Positions 28,749 to 38,285 of a DNA stretch of 43,224 bases are shown piece by piece; within the stretch, counting starts at the first letter, position 1; the number at the start of each line of letters is the position of its first letter. Origin of the DNA: Thermodesulfobacteriota bacterium (GTDB lineage Bacteria > Desulfobacterota > DSM-4660 > Desulfatiglandales > B25-G16); contig JAYEMW010000359.1 of the NCBI GenBank assembly GCA_034718555.1, forward strand, positions 1 to 43,224, given 5' to 3'. Below the pieces are notes generated by a model. It was not told where the DNA came from, did no database searches, and saw only the letters and a list, made by a program, of their open reading frames with translations. Both the position numbers and the translations under genes were made by a program.

Positions 28749-29936
28749 ATGGATTTTCCAAGGGAATTAAAAGCAAATATATACTCAGTTGGAGCTATTG
28801 ACTGGGATAGAAGGATGTTTGATGAACTAATACCTCTGCCTGATGGGACAAGCTACAATTCATACTTAGTTAAAGGAAGCGAAAAAACAGCGTTAATAGA
28901 TGCTGTGGACCCAAACATGAGTGATGTTTTAATAAATAACCTGAATGAACTGCAGGTAAAAAACATAGATTATATTATTGTAAACCATGCTGAACAGGAC
29001 CATTCAGGCACTGTGCCCCGGATAATGGAAATTTATCCCGATGCAAGAGTTGTGGCTACACCGAAATGTAAAAATTTGCTTAAGGAATTACTTTTGATCC
29101 CTGAGGAAAAAATCATTACAGTAAAAGACGGTGAGACTATTTCGTTGGGAGATAAAAGCCTTAAGTTCATTCATGCCCCATGGGTTCACTGGCCTGAGAC
29201 TATGTTTACATATATAGAGGAAGACAGGGCGCTGTTTTCATGTGATTGTTTTGGTTCTCATATAGCTACCAGCGATCTGTTTTTTGAAGACGAGGTTTCC
29301 GCGTATGAGCCTATAAAAAGGTATTATGCAGAGATAATGATGCCGTTCAGGTCAAATATTAAAAAGGATTTAGAGAAAATCAAGGATCTTGATATAGACA
29401 TTATAGCGCCAAGCCATGGCCCGGCATATAATAATCCGGAGTTTATTATTAATGCCTACAAGGAATGGTCTTCTGATGAGGTAAAAAATCTTGTTATTAT
29501 ACCCTACATCTCAATGCATGGAAGTACAAAAAAAATGGCCGAGTATTTAGTGGACGCCCTGATAAAGAGGAATATACCGGTAAAGCTAATTAACCTGTCT
29601 AATGCTGATGTTGGGAAATTAGCCATGGATCTGGTAGATGCTGCAACATTGGTAGTTGGATCTCCAACCGTATTGGTTGGCCCGCACCCTAATGTGGTGA
29701 GTGCGGTTTACCTTGCCAATGCCTTGCGGCCAAAGGTAAAATTTGCATCAATTATAGGATCTTATGGCTGGGGGAGCAAGATGGTGGAAAACCTGACGGG
29801 CATGATGACAAATATGAAGGTAGAACTTATTGACCCGGTTGTTGTAAAGGGATTTCCAAAGGAGGGGGATTTTAAATCTTTAGATAAATTGGCGGATGAG
29901 ATAGTAAAAAAACACAAAGAACATAATATAATTTAG
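28749..29936 (+). CDS. fprA: Flavodiiron protein (FprA/Roo type)
   Basis: GTSYNSY, NHAEQDHSG, PWVHWPE, APSHG, flavodoxin domain with GSYGW. Confidence 0.93.
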   Translation: MDFPRELKANIYSVGAIDWDRRMFDELIPLPDGTSYNSYLVKGSEKTALIDAVDPNMSDVLINNLNELQVKNIDYIIVNHAEQDHSGTVPRIMEIYPDARVVATPKCKNLLKELLLIPEEKIITVKDGETISLGDKSLKFIHAPWVHWPETMFTYIEEDRALFSCDCFGSHIATSDLFFEDEVSAYEPIKRYYAEIMMPFRSNIKKDLEKIKDLDIDIIAPSHGPAYNNPEFIINAYKEWSSDEVKNLVIIPYISMHGSTKKMAEYLVDALIKRNIPVKLINLSNADVGKLAMDLVDAATLVVGSPTVLVGPHPNVVSAVYLANALRPKVKFASIIGSYGWGSKMVENLTGMMTNMKVELIDPVVVKGFPKEGDFKSLDKLADEIVKKHKEHNII

Positions 29937-29949
29937 ATAGGAGGGTTTT

Positions 29950-30384
29950 ATGGGAAAGGTACTGATAGGATACGAGAGCAGAAAGGGTCATACTGAGAAA
30001 ATGGCTAAATATATTGCCGAAGGGGCCCGTATGGCAGGAAACGAGGTTGAGGTTAAGGCATTAAGAGATCTTAAGAGTGAAGATAACATTAAAGGGTATG
30101 ATGCCTATTTGTTTGGCTGCCCTACCTACCACAGGGATATGACAAACAGCATGAAAACCTTCCTGTTCCTTGCAGATAAGGCCGGTTTAGAAGGAAAAAC
30201 AGGTGGCGCCTTTGGTTCGTATACACACAGCGGAGATGCACCAAAGCTCATATTGGACACAATGGAAAATGTCTTTCATATGAATGCGACTAATCTTGGT
30301 TCATTTAATCTGCTGGAGGATAAGATTGAAACAGATGCAGGCATGCGGGCATGCCAGCAATATGGAAGGGCTGTGACCGAGTAA
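29950..30384 (+). CDS. Flavodoxin-domain protein
   Basis: YESRKGHTEKMA, GCPTY, AFGSYTHSG. Confidence 0.88.
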   Translation: MGKVLIGYESRKGHTEKMAKYIAEGARMAGNEVEVKALRDLKSEDNIKGYDAYLFGCPTYHRDMTNSMKTFLFLADKAGLEGKTGGAFGSYTHSGDAPKLILDTMENVFHMNATNLGSFNLLEDKIETDAGMRACQQYGRAVTE

Positions 30385-30523
30385 TTCGATCATTAATTTA
30401 AGAGGGGAGGTTTCCGGTGTTCATCTCATTACAATTTATAGTGAGATGAATATCACAAAACCCTCTCTGATTTTAAAATATCAATTATGTTTTAATGACA
30501 TAAAATTCAATCACGGTGAGATA

Positions 30524-31036
30524 ATGAAATGGATAAGAAAACAGGCATGGTCTCCCTATGCAAGCGGCATTATTATAGGCCTCTTAAGCTGGTTTGCGTT
30601 TCTAACGGTTAAACCATTAGGGGCATCAACTACATTCGTCAGGACAGCCGGAATCATAGAGAGATTTTTTGCCCCTGAACATGTAGCAAACCTGCCCTAT
30701 TTTATTGCAAAGACCCCTAAGATTGACTGGCAATGGATGCTTGTCCTGGGCATATTAATAGGCTCTTTTGTCTCAGCCAGACTTTCCGGGAGCTTTCAGT
30801 TAAAATTTGTTCCCCCCATGTGGCAGAAAAGCTTTGGCTCAAGCAGGATTAAACGGTGGGTTGTGGCCTTTGTAGGAGGAGTTGTTTTAATGATAGGGGC
30901 AAGAATGGCTGGCGGCTGCCCTACTGGGCATGGACTGAGCGGGACCCTTCAACTTGCTGTAAGTGGATGGGTAGCTGTATTTTTTTTCTTTGCAGGCGGC
31001 ATTATTGCAGCCAAAAGACTTTACAGAGGGAGGTGA
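30524..31036 (+). CDS. YeeE/YedE family sulfur-compound transporter subunit
   Basis: WSPY, GARMAGGCPTGHGLSG; start at ATG 30524. Confidence 0.88.
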   Translation: MKWIRKQAWSPYASGIIIGLLSWFAFLTVKPLGASTTFVRTAGIIERFFAPEHVANLPYFIAKTPKIDWQWMLVLGILIGSFVSARLSGSFQLKFVPPMWQKSFGSSRIKRWVVAFVGGVVLMIGARMAGGCPTGHGLSGTLQLAVSGWVAVFFFFAGGIIAAKRLYRGR

Positions 31037-31042
31037 TAACAT

Positions 31043-31609
31043 ATGATAGCGCCTATTATTACTTCACCGGCAGGAAAGCTAATACTCGGATTAATCACCG
31101 GGTTTATTTTAGGTTTTACAATACAAAAGGCTAAACTCGTCAGATATGATACCATCGTAGGTCAGTTGAGACTGAAGGATTTTACCATGCTAAAACTGAT
31201 GCTCACCGCTACAGTGGTAGGCATGGTAGGTATTTATTTCTTTAAGGATATTGGCATATTAAAGCTTAGCGTAAAGCCCACCTACCTTGCCGCAAACATC
31301 ATTGGTGCCTTAATATTTGGTATTGGATTTGCCCTGTTGGGTTACTGTCCCGGCACCGGGGTAGGCGCTATTGGCGAGGGAAGGACGGATGCCTTCTGGG
31401 GAGGCCTACTCGGTATGCTTGCGGGTGCAGCCCTTTACGCAGAGATTTATCATCATCTCAAAGGCAATATTCTAAAATGGGGTTCATATGGAAAGATTAC
31501 TATTCCATCTATATTTGGCGTAAGCTATCCATATCACTGGTTTATAATAACAGCGTTCTGTATCGGCATAATCCTGTTCTTCCTGGCCTTGGAGAAAAGA
31601 GGGCTTTAA
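31043..31609 (+). CDS. YeeE/YedE family sulfur-compound transporter subunit
   Basis: DFTMLK, FGIGFALLGYCPGT. Confidence 0.88.
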   Translation: MIAPIITSPAGKLILGLITGFILGFTIQKAKLVRYDTIVGQLRLKDFTMLKLMLTATVVGMVGIYFFKDIGILKLSVKPTYLAANIIGALIFGIGFALLGYCPGTGVGAIGEGRTDAFWGGLLGMLAGAALYAEIYHHLKGNILKWGSYGKITIPSIFGVSYPYHWFIITAFCIGIILFFLALEKRGL

Positions 31610-31898
31610 GCTTGTTCTCTTATTAGATGACGCATAAGCCCTCACCGGGGTATAACTCATCGGTTTTGCATCCCTGCTTCAGATCATCTCTACCCGCTCC
31701 TCATTCACAAAATCCTCAAATTAGCTCTGATAGCTCTACGGTTTTGTTCAATCCCGCCTGGCGGGACTAAATCTGACCTAAATCAGGGCGTGAATTCCAA
31801 TGGCCTACCTATTTCCAGCCCCTAAGCAGTCAAAAGAAATAACGGATAAAATTGATTATTTGATGAACTGAGTTATTGATGGAGATGGCTTATTTTCA

Positions 31899-31927
31899 TT
31901 GACATGTACCCATTTGGAAAGTAGCCT
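31899..31927 (+). promoter_or_regulatory. Possible sigma70 promoter for ugd-uxs
   Basis: TTGACA-17-TAGCCT. Confidence 0.4.
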
Positions 31928-31992
31928 TAAACGGAGGTTTGTATTAATTATTTTTTTAAATTGTAACTTAAATGGTGTGGGGAGAATGCCAA

Positions 31993-33372
31993 ATGAAATT
32001 TAAGAAAAATATATTATGTATTGGGGCAGGTTATGTAGGTGGCCCAACCATGGCCATGATTGCCTATAAATGCCCGCAATATAAGGTTACAGTCGTTGAT
32101 ATTAACAATGAACGTATTGACCAATGGAACTCTGACGATCTACCTGTATATGAACCTGGTTTAGATGAAATTGTAAAGGAGGCCAGGGGTAGAAATCTAT
32201 TTTTCAGCCCGGATATAGAAAGGGGTATAAAAGAGGCGGAGATTATATTTGTTAGCGTAAATACACCTGTGAAAAAATTTGGTGCAGGTGCAGGGATGGC
32301 TGCTGATCTTCAATATTGGGAAAAAACAGCCAGGCAAATAAGAGACGTCTCTAATTCGCACAAAATAATAGTTGAAAAGAGCACCCTTCCTGTAAGGACA
32401 GCCCAGGCCATGGAAAGGATTCTTACTTCAAACAGCAGCGGTGTTCGGTTTGATATACTCTCTAACCCGGAATTCCTTGCAGAGGGAACAGCAATTAAAG
32501 ATTTAGAATATCCCGACAGGGTTCTCATAGGCTCAAGATATACACAGAGAGGGTTGAAGGCCAGGGATGAGTTGATTGAAATTTACGCCAACTGGGTCCC
32601 AAATGAGCGTATAATCACTTCCAATATATGGAGCAGTGAACTCTCTAAGCTTGTTGCTAACGCCTTTTTGGCACAAAGAATAACATCCGTAAATTCCTTT
32701 ACGGCACTTTGTGAAAAGTCCGGCGCCGATATTACAGAGGTTGCACGAGCCGTTGGAACGGACAGCCGGCTGGGGCCTAATTTTTTAAATGCAAGTGTTG
32801 GCTTTGGGGGATCGTGTTTTAAAAAGGATATACTAAATCTTGTTTATCTCTGTAAGCATTATGGCCTGGAAGAGATAGCCGATTACTGGGAGAGTGTAAT
32901 AAAGATTAATGACTTCCAGATGGGGCGATTTGTTTTAACAATGTTGAGCGCCATGTTCAACACTCTGGCAGGGAAAAGACTTTGTCTTTTTGGTTTTGCC
33001 TTTAAGGCCAATACTGGGGATACGAGAGAAAGTCCTGCTATACATATATCCAAAAGATTGATAGAGGAAAAGGTTGAATTAGTTATTACAGATCCAAAGG
33101 CCCTGAATAATGCCATGAAAGACCTTGATGGAATAGAGGGGAAAATATCATATGTTGAAGATCCCTATGAGGCATCGGCTAACTGCGATGCCATCGCTGT
33201 TGTCACGGAATGGGGGTTATATGCAAATCTTGATTTTAAAAGGATCTATGAGTCCATGGTTAAGCCGGCCTTTATATTTGATGGAAGAAATATCTTAGAC
33301 CATGAGGAATTATTTAAAATAGGCTTTAATGTCTTCCCCATGGGAAAGCCCCCTTTGACACATTTTAAGTAA
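31993..33372 (+). CDS. ugd: UDP-glucose 6-dehydrogenase
   Basis: GAGYVGGPT, EKSTLP, NPEFLAEG, GFGGSCFKKD, FKANTGDTRES. Confidence 0.95.
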   Translation: MKFKKNILCIGAGYVGGPTMAMIAYKCPQYKVTVVDINNERIDQWNSDDLPVYEPGLDEIVKEARGRNLFFSPDIERGIKEAEIIFVSVNTPVKKFGAGAGMAADLQYWEKTARQIRDVSNSHKIIVEKSTLPVRTAQAMERILTSNSSGVRFDILSNPEFLAEGTAIKDLEYPDRVLIGSRYTQRGLKARDELIEIYANWVPNERIITSNIWSSELSKLVANAFLAQRITSVNSFTALCEKSGADITEVARAVGTDSRLGPNFLNASVGFGGSCFKKDILNLVYLCKHYGLEEIADYWESVIKINDFQMGRFVLTMLSAMFNTLAGKRLCLFGFAFKANTGDTRESPAIHISKRLIEEKVELVITDPKALNNAMKDLDGIEGKISYVEDPYEASANCDAIAVVTEWGLYANLDFKRIYESMVKPAFIFDGRNILDHEELFKIGFNVFPMGKPPLTHFK

Positions 33373-33438
33373 ACGCATATAGAATTACGCAGGTTCAAGG
33401 TTCCCTGAACGTTTACAATAAAAGATAGGTGAGAAGAT

Positions 33439-34392
33439 ATGGTTCATAATCAAAAACGTATATTGGTGACAGGTGGCGCAGGCTTTTTAGGCTCTCACCT
33501 TTGCGATAGGCTAACAAATGAAGGCCATGATGTCATATGCCTTGATAATTTTTTTACTGGGAACAAGACAAATATAATTAACCTGCTTAATAAACCGAAT
33601 TTTGAATTAATTAGACATGATATAGTGCAACCCATCTTCCTTGAGGTAGATGAGATTTACAATCTGGCCTGCCCGGCATCCCCTATCCATTATCAATACA
33701 ATCCGGTCAAAACAATAAAGACCAGTGTAATGGGCGCTATAAATATGTTAGGGTTGGCAAAACGGGTAAAGGCAAAAATTTTGCAGGCCTCTACCAGCGA
33801 GATATACGGCAATCCGGAATTGCACCCGCAAAAGGAAAATTACTGGGGCAATGTTAATACTATAGGTCTCAGGTCATGCTATGACGAAGGGAAGCGCTGC
33901 GCCGAAACCCTCTTTTTTGATTATCATCGGCAAAATAAGGTAAATATCAGGGTGGTGAGAATTTTTAATACGTATGGCCCGCGTATGCACCCGAATGATG
34001 GCCGCGTTATAAGTAACTTTATTGTTCAGGCCTTGAAGAATAAGGATATAACTGTTTTTGGCGATGGATCCCAGACACGCTCTTTTTGTTATGTTGATGA
34101 TTTAACTAAGGGACTGATCAGGATGATGAACAGCCCGGATAGCTTTGTTGGTCCCGTTAACCTTGGGCGACCTGAAGAATTCACTATTTTGCAATTAGCG
34201 GAGGTCATTATTAAGCTATGCGACAGCAAATCAAAGGTTATTTTTGAGCCTCTTCCCCAGGATGACCCACTGCAGCGCCGCCCGGATATTACCCTGGCCA
34301 GGGAACAACTTCAATGGCAGCCAAATATAAATCTTGAACAGGGGCTAAAAAAAACTATCGAATATTTTCGTGGTAGCCTTCAGGAATTCTAA
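33439..34392 (+). CDS. uxs: UDP-glucuronic acid decarboxylase (UDP-xylose synthase)
   Basis: [38 protein letters not shown]. Confidence 0.93.
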   Translation: MVHNQKRILVTGGAGFLGSHLCDRLTNEGHDVICLDNFFTGNKTNIINLLNKPNFELIRHDIVQPIFLEVDEIYNLACPASPIHYQYNPVKTIKTSVMGAINMLGLAKRVKAKILQASTSEIYGNPELHPQKENYWGNVNTIGLRSCYDEGKRCAETLFFDYHRQNKVNIRVVRIFNTYGPRMHPNDGRVISNFIVQALKNKDITVFGDGSQTRSFCYVDDLTKGLIRMMNSPDSFVGPVNLGRPEEFTILQLAEVIIKLCDSKSKVIFEPLPQDDPLQRRPDITLAREQLQWQPNINLEQGLKKTIEYFRGSLQEF

Positions 34393-34413
34393 TTATAGCG
34401 AAATAAGCGACTT

Positions 34414-34585
34414 AACCACAGACGCACACAGACGCACACAGACCTTTCGTTCGGTCGACTTGACCGAACAAAACATTCAATCGCTTCGCGAAAAGAGATA
34501 AAGTCTATAGGGTAAATGATTTGTCCGTGTCAGTCCGTGCCTGCCCCGTAGGTCCGGCAGAGTATGCTGGGGTGTGTCTGTGACT
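34414..34585 (+). mobile_element. Family R5 MITE with a 33-bp insert in the right end
   Basis: Aligns with 36815-36954 except for extra CCTGCCCCGTAGG...GCTGGGG at 34540-34572. Confidence 0.75.
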
Positions 34586-34630
34586 GAAAAGAGTGCAACG
34601 ATCCGGATTTTAAAGATAAGGTGAACACTT

Positions 34631-34939
34631 ATGATACTCACAAAAGAACAAAAAGATGAGTTAAAGAAAGAATTGGTATTGTGCCTTGGTTCAGATGAGA
34701 AGATTAAGAAAATTGTTGTCTTCGGATCATTTATTAACTCGAACGATCCTGTAGATTTAGATGTAGCTGTTTTTCAAGAGAGTAATGAGCCCTATTTACC
34801 TCTTGCGATGAAATATCGGAAAAAAACCCGATCTATTGGCGATAAGATACCGATTGACATTTTTCCTGTCAGGCCAGGCGCAAAAGATCATTCTTTTCTG
34901 TCGGAAATTGCACAAGGAGAAGTTGTCTATGAGAGATGA
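34631..34939 (+). CDS. Minimal nucleotidyltransferase (MNT antitoxin)
   Basis: VVFGS...DLDVAV, IDI. Confidence 0.85.
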   Translation: MILTKEQKDELKKELVLCLGSDEKIKKIVVFGSFINSNDPVDLDVAVFQESNEPYLPLAMKYRKKTRSIGDKIPIDIFPVRPGAKDHSFLSEIAQGEVVYER

Positions 34940-35315
34940 AACAAAAACTTGGCTAAAATACGCAAATGAGAATTTCCAATCTGCAAAAGTATTGTTGGAC
35001 AGCAGTCTGTTCAACCCTTGTTTACAAAATATTCAGCAGTTCATTGAAAAATTACTTAAGGCATTGTTAATAGAATTTTCAATGAAGTTTGAAAGAACAC
35101 ACAGCATTAATGAACTTAAGAACTCTCTTGCTGCAGGTGGAATAAACATAGATATGAGCAAAGAGGAGTCTGATCTCCTTGATTCCATCTATCTCCCATC
35201 GAAATATCCTCTGGGCAGTGTTTTACCTGATTTTGAACCTGATATGGAAATATGCATAAAATGTATGTCCATTGCCGAGAGGACAAAAGTCTCGATAGAG
35301 AAGTATTTTTCATGA
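34929..35315 (+). CDS. HEPN domain protein
   Basis: MRDETKTWLKYA, QQFIEKLLKA, RTHSI, YLPSKYP; overlaps the MNT stop. Confidence 0.85.
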   Translation: MRDETKTWLKYANENFQSAKVLLDSSLFNPCLQNIQQFIEKLLKALLIEFSMKFERTHSINELKNSLAAGGINIDMSKEESDLLDSIYLPSKYPLGSVLPDFEPDMEICIKCMSIAERTKVSIEKYFS

Positions 35316-35355
35316 GATCAGCTTATTGAATTACATAAAGGCCTTGAGACATATA

Positions 35356-35414
35356 AACCGCAGACCCACGCAGACTTACACAGACATTTTAGCTGAGCGA
35401 TTCGCTCGGCTAAA
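35356..35414 (+). repeat. Left half of a family R5 element
   Basis: Near-identical to 36815-36873. Confidence 0.75.
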
Positions 35415-35485
35415 TGGGGTCATTGCAGGGCAGGAATGGAGGGGTCTAAATACAGCCACAAACTATCCGTATTTAGGAGGATATT

Positions 35486-35758
35486 ATGGAACAAATAGAG
35501 ATAAGGGACGAGGCTTTGCCTATATTAAAATCTTCTATAGCTTTAAAACAGAAGTTGCTAAAAACAAAATCTAATAGCTATCGTAAGCGTCTAAAAACAT
35601 TTGAGAAAAAGCATAAAATGAAGTCTGATCACTTCATAAAATCTTTTAACGCAGGTAAACTTGGTGATGATGAAGAATGGTTTGATTGGCTCTTCCTATA
35701 TGAAGCATACAACAGGGTAACAGAACAGGAAAAAATAATAGAAGGGTTTTCACTATGA
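35486..35758 (+). CDS. Putative antitoxin (TumA-like) paired with DUF6516
   Basis: FEKKHKMKSDHF...GKLGDDEEWFDW; ATGA overlap with the downstream remnant. Confidence 0.65.
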   Translation: MEQIEIRDEALPILKSSIALKQKLLKTKSNSYRKRLKTFEKKHKMKSDHFIKSFNAGKLGDDEEWFDWLFLYEAYNRVTEQEKIIEGFSL

Positions 35759-36004
35759 CCATCTACTATTTTGAAAAGGTCAAAAAGAGAATATCCAAAT
35801 TAGAATGGTTAATAGATATTTTATTATATGGATGAGAAAAACAAAGTAATATCCCGATGGGATACGGCACCGCATCACAAGGCGTTGAAATCCTTTCCTT
35901 ATCACATTCATTTACCCGATGGTGTAAAAAAATGTAAACCAGTTACACTTGATGGAGTCCTTGACAGTATAGAAAGTATTGTCATTGATAGATTAGAGGA
36001 GTAA
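35755..36004 (+). pseudogene. DUF6516/TumE-like toxin with frame-shifting internal deletion
   Basis: MTIYYFEKVKKRISKLEWLID, then in another frame YYMDEKNKVISRWDTAPHHKALKSFPYHIH...IDRLEE*. Confidence 0.7.
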
Positions 36005-36167
36005 TATCAAATCTTAGGGTATCAGATTTCAGTAAGATCTTTGCCCCGTTAAATGCGAAGCATATTTGATTGGGGAGAACTCAAGCGATCAAAGGGAGCT
36101 CCGTTAAACGGGACAGATTGGGCGAGATACCAAAAAGGGCATGCATCATGGATGATCTCACAGAACT

Positions 36168-36422
36168 CCTTATGAGGAGCCTCTTGCGAGATGGTGGAGG
36201 ATATGCAAAAAAAACAATTTTTCCAGTTTCTCTGAGCTGAAAAAGACATTCGGTACGGCAGATATGATAGATAAATGTGTGATTTTTAATATAGGTGGAG
36301 GGAAATATAGATTAGTCACAAGAGTTAACTTTAGGGGGCATAGAATGTGGATAAAATACATCTCACCCCATGAGGAATATGATAGACTTAACCTGAGGGA
36401 GGATTCAAAATGCCGGCCTTAG
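36168..36422 (+). pseudogene. higB: HigB toxin lacking its N-terminus
   Basis: PLARWWRICKKNNFSSFSELKKTFGTAD...VIFNIGGGKYRLV...HEEYDR; in-frame stop just upstream and no start codon. Confidence 0.75.
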
Positions 36423-36790
36423 ACCAAGTGGATTCCAAAGATTTATATTCACTGAGGGCTATTAAAAGCGAAAGAGATTACAAAGAAGCTCTTAAGTCAA
36501 TGGAAGCCGTTTTTGATGAAGCAGAAAGTTTTTTGGCAGACTATGCAGAAACACTTTCTATTTTGATCGAGCATTATGAAGAAGAGCATTTTCCCATGAA
36601 AGAGGCTAAAAGTTTAGAGGTAATAAAATTGTTGATGGAACAGAATAGCCTCAAACAGAAGGATTTGGTAGGGATTCTTGGTGGAAAATCTACTGTTTCC
36701 GAGATACTTAATGGGAAAAGACCATTGAATCTCAATCACATAAGGATATTAGCGGATCAATTTCATGTTAAGGCGGCAACCTTTGTTTAG
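36410..36790 (+). CDS. higA: HigA antitoxin (HTH)
   Basis: IKSERDY, LIEHYEEEHFP, LKQKDL, STVSEILNGKRPL. Confidence 0.9.
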   Translation: MPALDQVDSKDLYSLRAIKSERDYKEALKSMEAVFDEAESFLADYAETLSILIEHYEEEHFPMKEAKSLEVIKLLMEQNSLKQKDLVGILGGKSTVSEILNGKRPLNLNHIRILADQFHVKAATFV

Positions 36791-36814
36791 TCCATTTTAT
36801 GTAAATAAATATTT

Positions 36815-36954
36815 AGCCGCAGACTCACGCAGATTTACACAGACATTTTAGCCGAGCGACACGCTCGGCTAAAATAGTATCATCGCTTCGCGAAAAGAGG
36901 TAAAGGCTATAGGATAAATGATTTGTCTGTGTGTTTCCGTGTGTGTCTGTGGCT
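36815..36954 (+). mobile_element. Family R5 MITE, complete
   Basis: AGCCGCAGACTCACGCAGATTTACACAGAC...GTCTGTGTGTTTCCGTGTGTGTCTGTGGCT; internal TTTTAGCCGAGCG-ACA-CGCTCGGCTAAAA hairpin. Confidence 0.8.
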
Positions 36955-37032
36955 AATAAATTATCCCAAAATGGTCATCATAAGAGAGTAAAGACTTTTT
37001 ACTGTACCATCACATGTGATAAAAGTAAGGAT

Positions 37033-37491
37033 TTAAATGACAGGCGCCAGGCGCCTTTCTATCTCTGTTTTAGGCATGGCCCCGATTAATCGATCAACAA
37101 GCTTACCCCCCTTGAATACAAGGAGGGTAGGTATGCTTTGTATGGCGTATTCAGAGGCGGTCATCTGATTTTCATCTACATTTAATTTACCTACCTTGAT
37201 CCTGCCTGCGTATTCAGAGGCAATTTGTTCTACAGCAGGGGAAACCATGCGGCACGGACCGCACCATGGCGCCCAGCAATCTATAAGGGCAACTCCGGAA
37301 AAAGATAAAACCTCTGCACGAAAGGTTCTGTCCGTCAGTATTATGGGACGGTCATGAATAGTCAAATTTTTTAGCGGGGCCTTGCATTTTCCGCATACTG
37401 GCCTTTCGCTTATCCTGCTTTTCGGCACCCTGTTTTTCGCACCGCAATTGGAGCATTTTATAATGACGGTTTCTTCATTCATTTTTTTCAC
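37033..37491 (-). CDS. trxC: Thioredoxin 2 with N-terminal Zn finger
   Basis: CSNC and CGKC pairs, WAPWCGPC active site. Confidence 0.92.
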   Translation of the reverse strand: MKKMNEETVIIKCSNCGAKNRVPKSRISERPVCGKCKAPLKNLTIHDRPIILTDRTFRAEVLSFSGVALIDCWAPWCGPCRMVSPAVEQIASEYAGRIKVGKLNVDENQMTASEYAIQSIPTLLVFKGGKLVDRLIGAMPKTEIERRLAPVI

Positions 37492-37520
37492 TTTTCAGAA
37501 ATTTATAACTGAGTCATCCC

Positions 37521-38285
37521 TTAAAATGGTCTTTTATCCTTTAAGAATGGAAATTGTGAGCGAGTCTCCTTAACCTTTTCTGCATCAATATCGGAAACAA
37601 GTAGAGTTTCTTTTTCTTCACCCTGGGCTATACTTTCACCGAGGGGATCTATTATGGCTGATCCCCCTATAAAGGAATACCCACCGCCTTCACCAACCCG
37701 GTTTACACCTATCACATAGCATTGATTTTCTATGGCCCGGGCCCTCAGTAATGTGTCCCAGTGAGCCTGCCTTGTATCAGGCCAGGATGCAATTACAATT
37801 ATTAGCATGCATTTATCTGCTACTGCCCGAAAAAGCTCAGGAAACCGGAGATCATAGCATATAAAACAGGTCGTACAAATTCCATCCAAATAAAACGTTA
37901 CAGGCCTGTCGCCTGATTCATAGCTTGTATCTTCACCTAACAGGGATATCAGGTGAGTCTTTGCATAAATGGCAATGTCCTTACCTTCGCGGTCAATGGC
38001 GATAGATACGTTTTGTGGGCCTCCATTATCGCGGGAAAGCACAAATCCCCCAATAACATGCATGCTATGTTCACGGGCCACTGATCTTAAAAATTCAGGT
38101 GTTTCCCCCTGGAGTGACTCGATTGTAATGGAAGTGTCAAGGGAAAAGCCTGTTGAAAGCATCTCCGGCAGAATTAGCAGCTCAGCGCCTGCCTCCTTTG
38201 CCTTTTTAGCAAATTGTCTCACCTTGGCATGGTTAGTTTGTCTATCGTGCCATGCTATATACATTTGAAGCGCCGCTACTTTCAT
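37521..38285 (-). CDS. Carbon-nitrogen hydrolase (omega-amidase, YafV/MtnU-like)
   Basis: LPEM, YAKTHL, ICYDLRFPE, RARAIENQ. Confidence 0.88.
   Translation of the reverse strand: MKVAALQMYIAWHDRQTNHAKVRQFAKKAKEAGAELLILPEMLSTGFSLDTSITIESLQGETPEFLRSVAREHSMHVIGGFVLSRDNGGPQNVSIAIDREGKDIAIYAKTHLISLLGEDTSYESGDRPVTFYLDGICTTCFICYDLRFPELFRAVADKCMLIIVIASWPDTRQAHWDTLLRARAIENQCYVIGVNRVGEGGGYSFIGGSAIIDPLGESIAQGEEKETLLVSDIDAEKVKETRSQFPFLKDKRPF

Noticed and set aside
34414-36954. Classical integron cassette array
   Set aside because: No integrase and no RYYYAAC...GTTRRRY attC architecture seen; kept only as an integron-like analogy.
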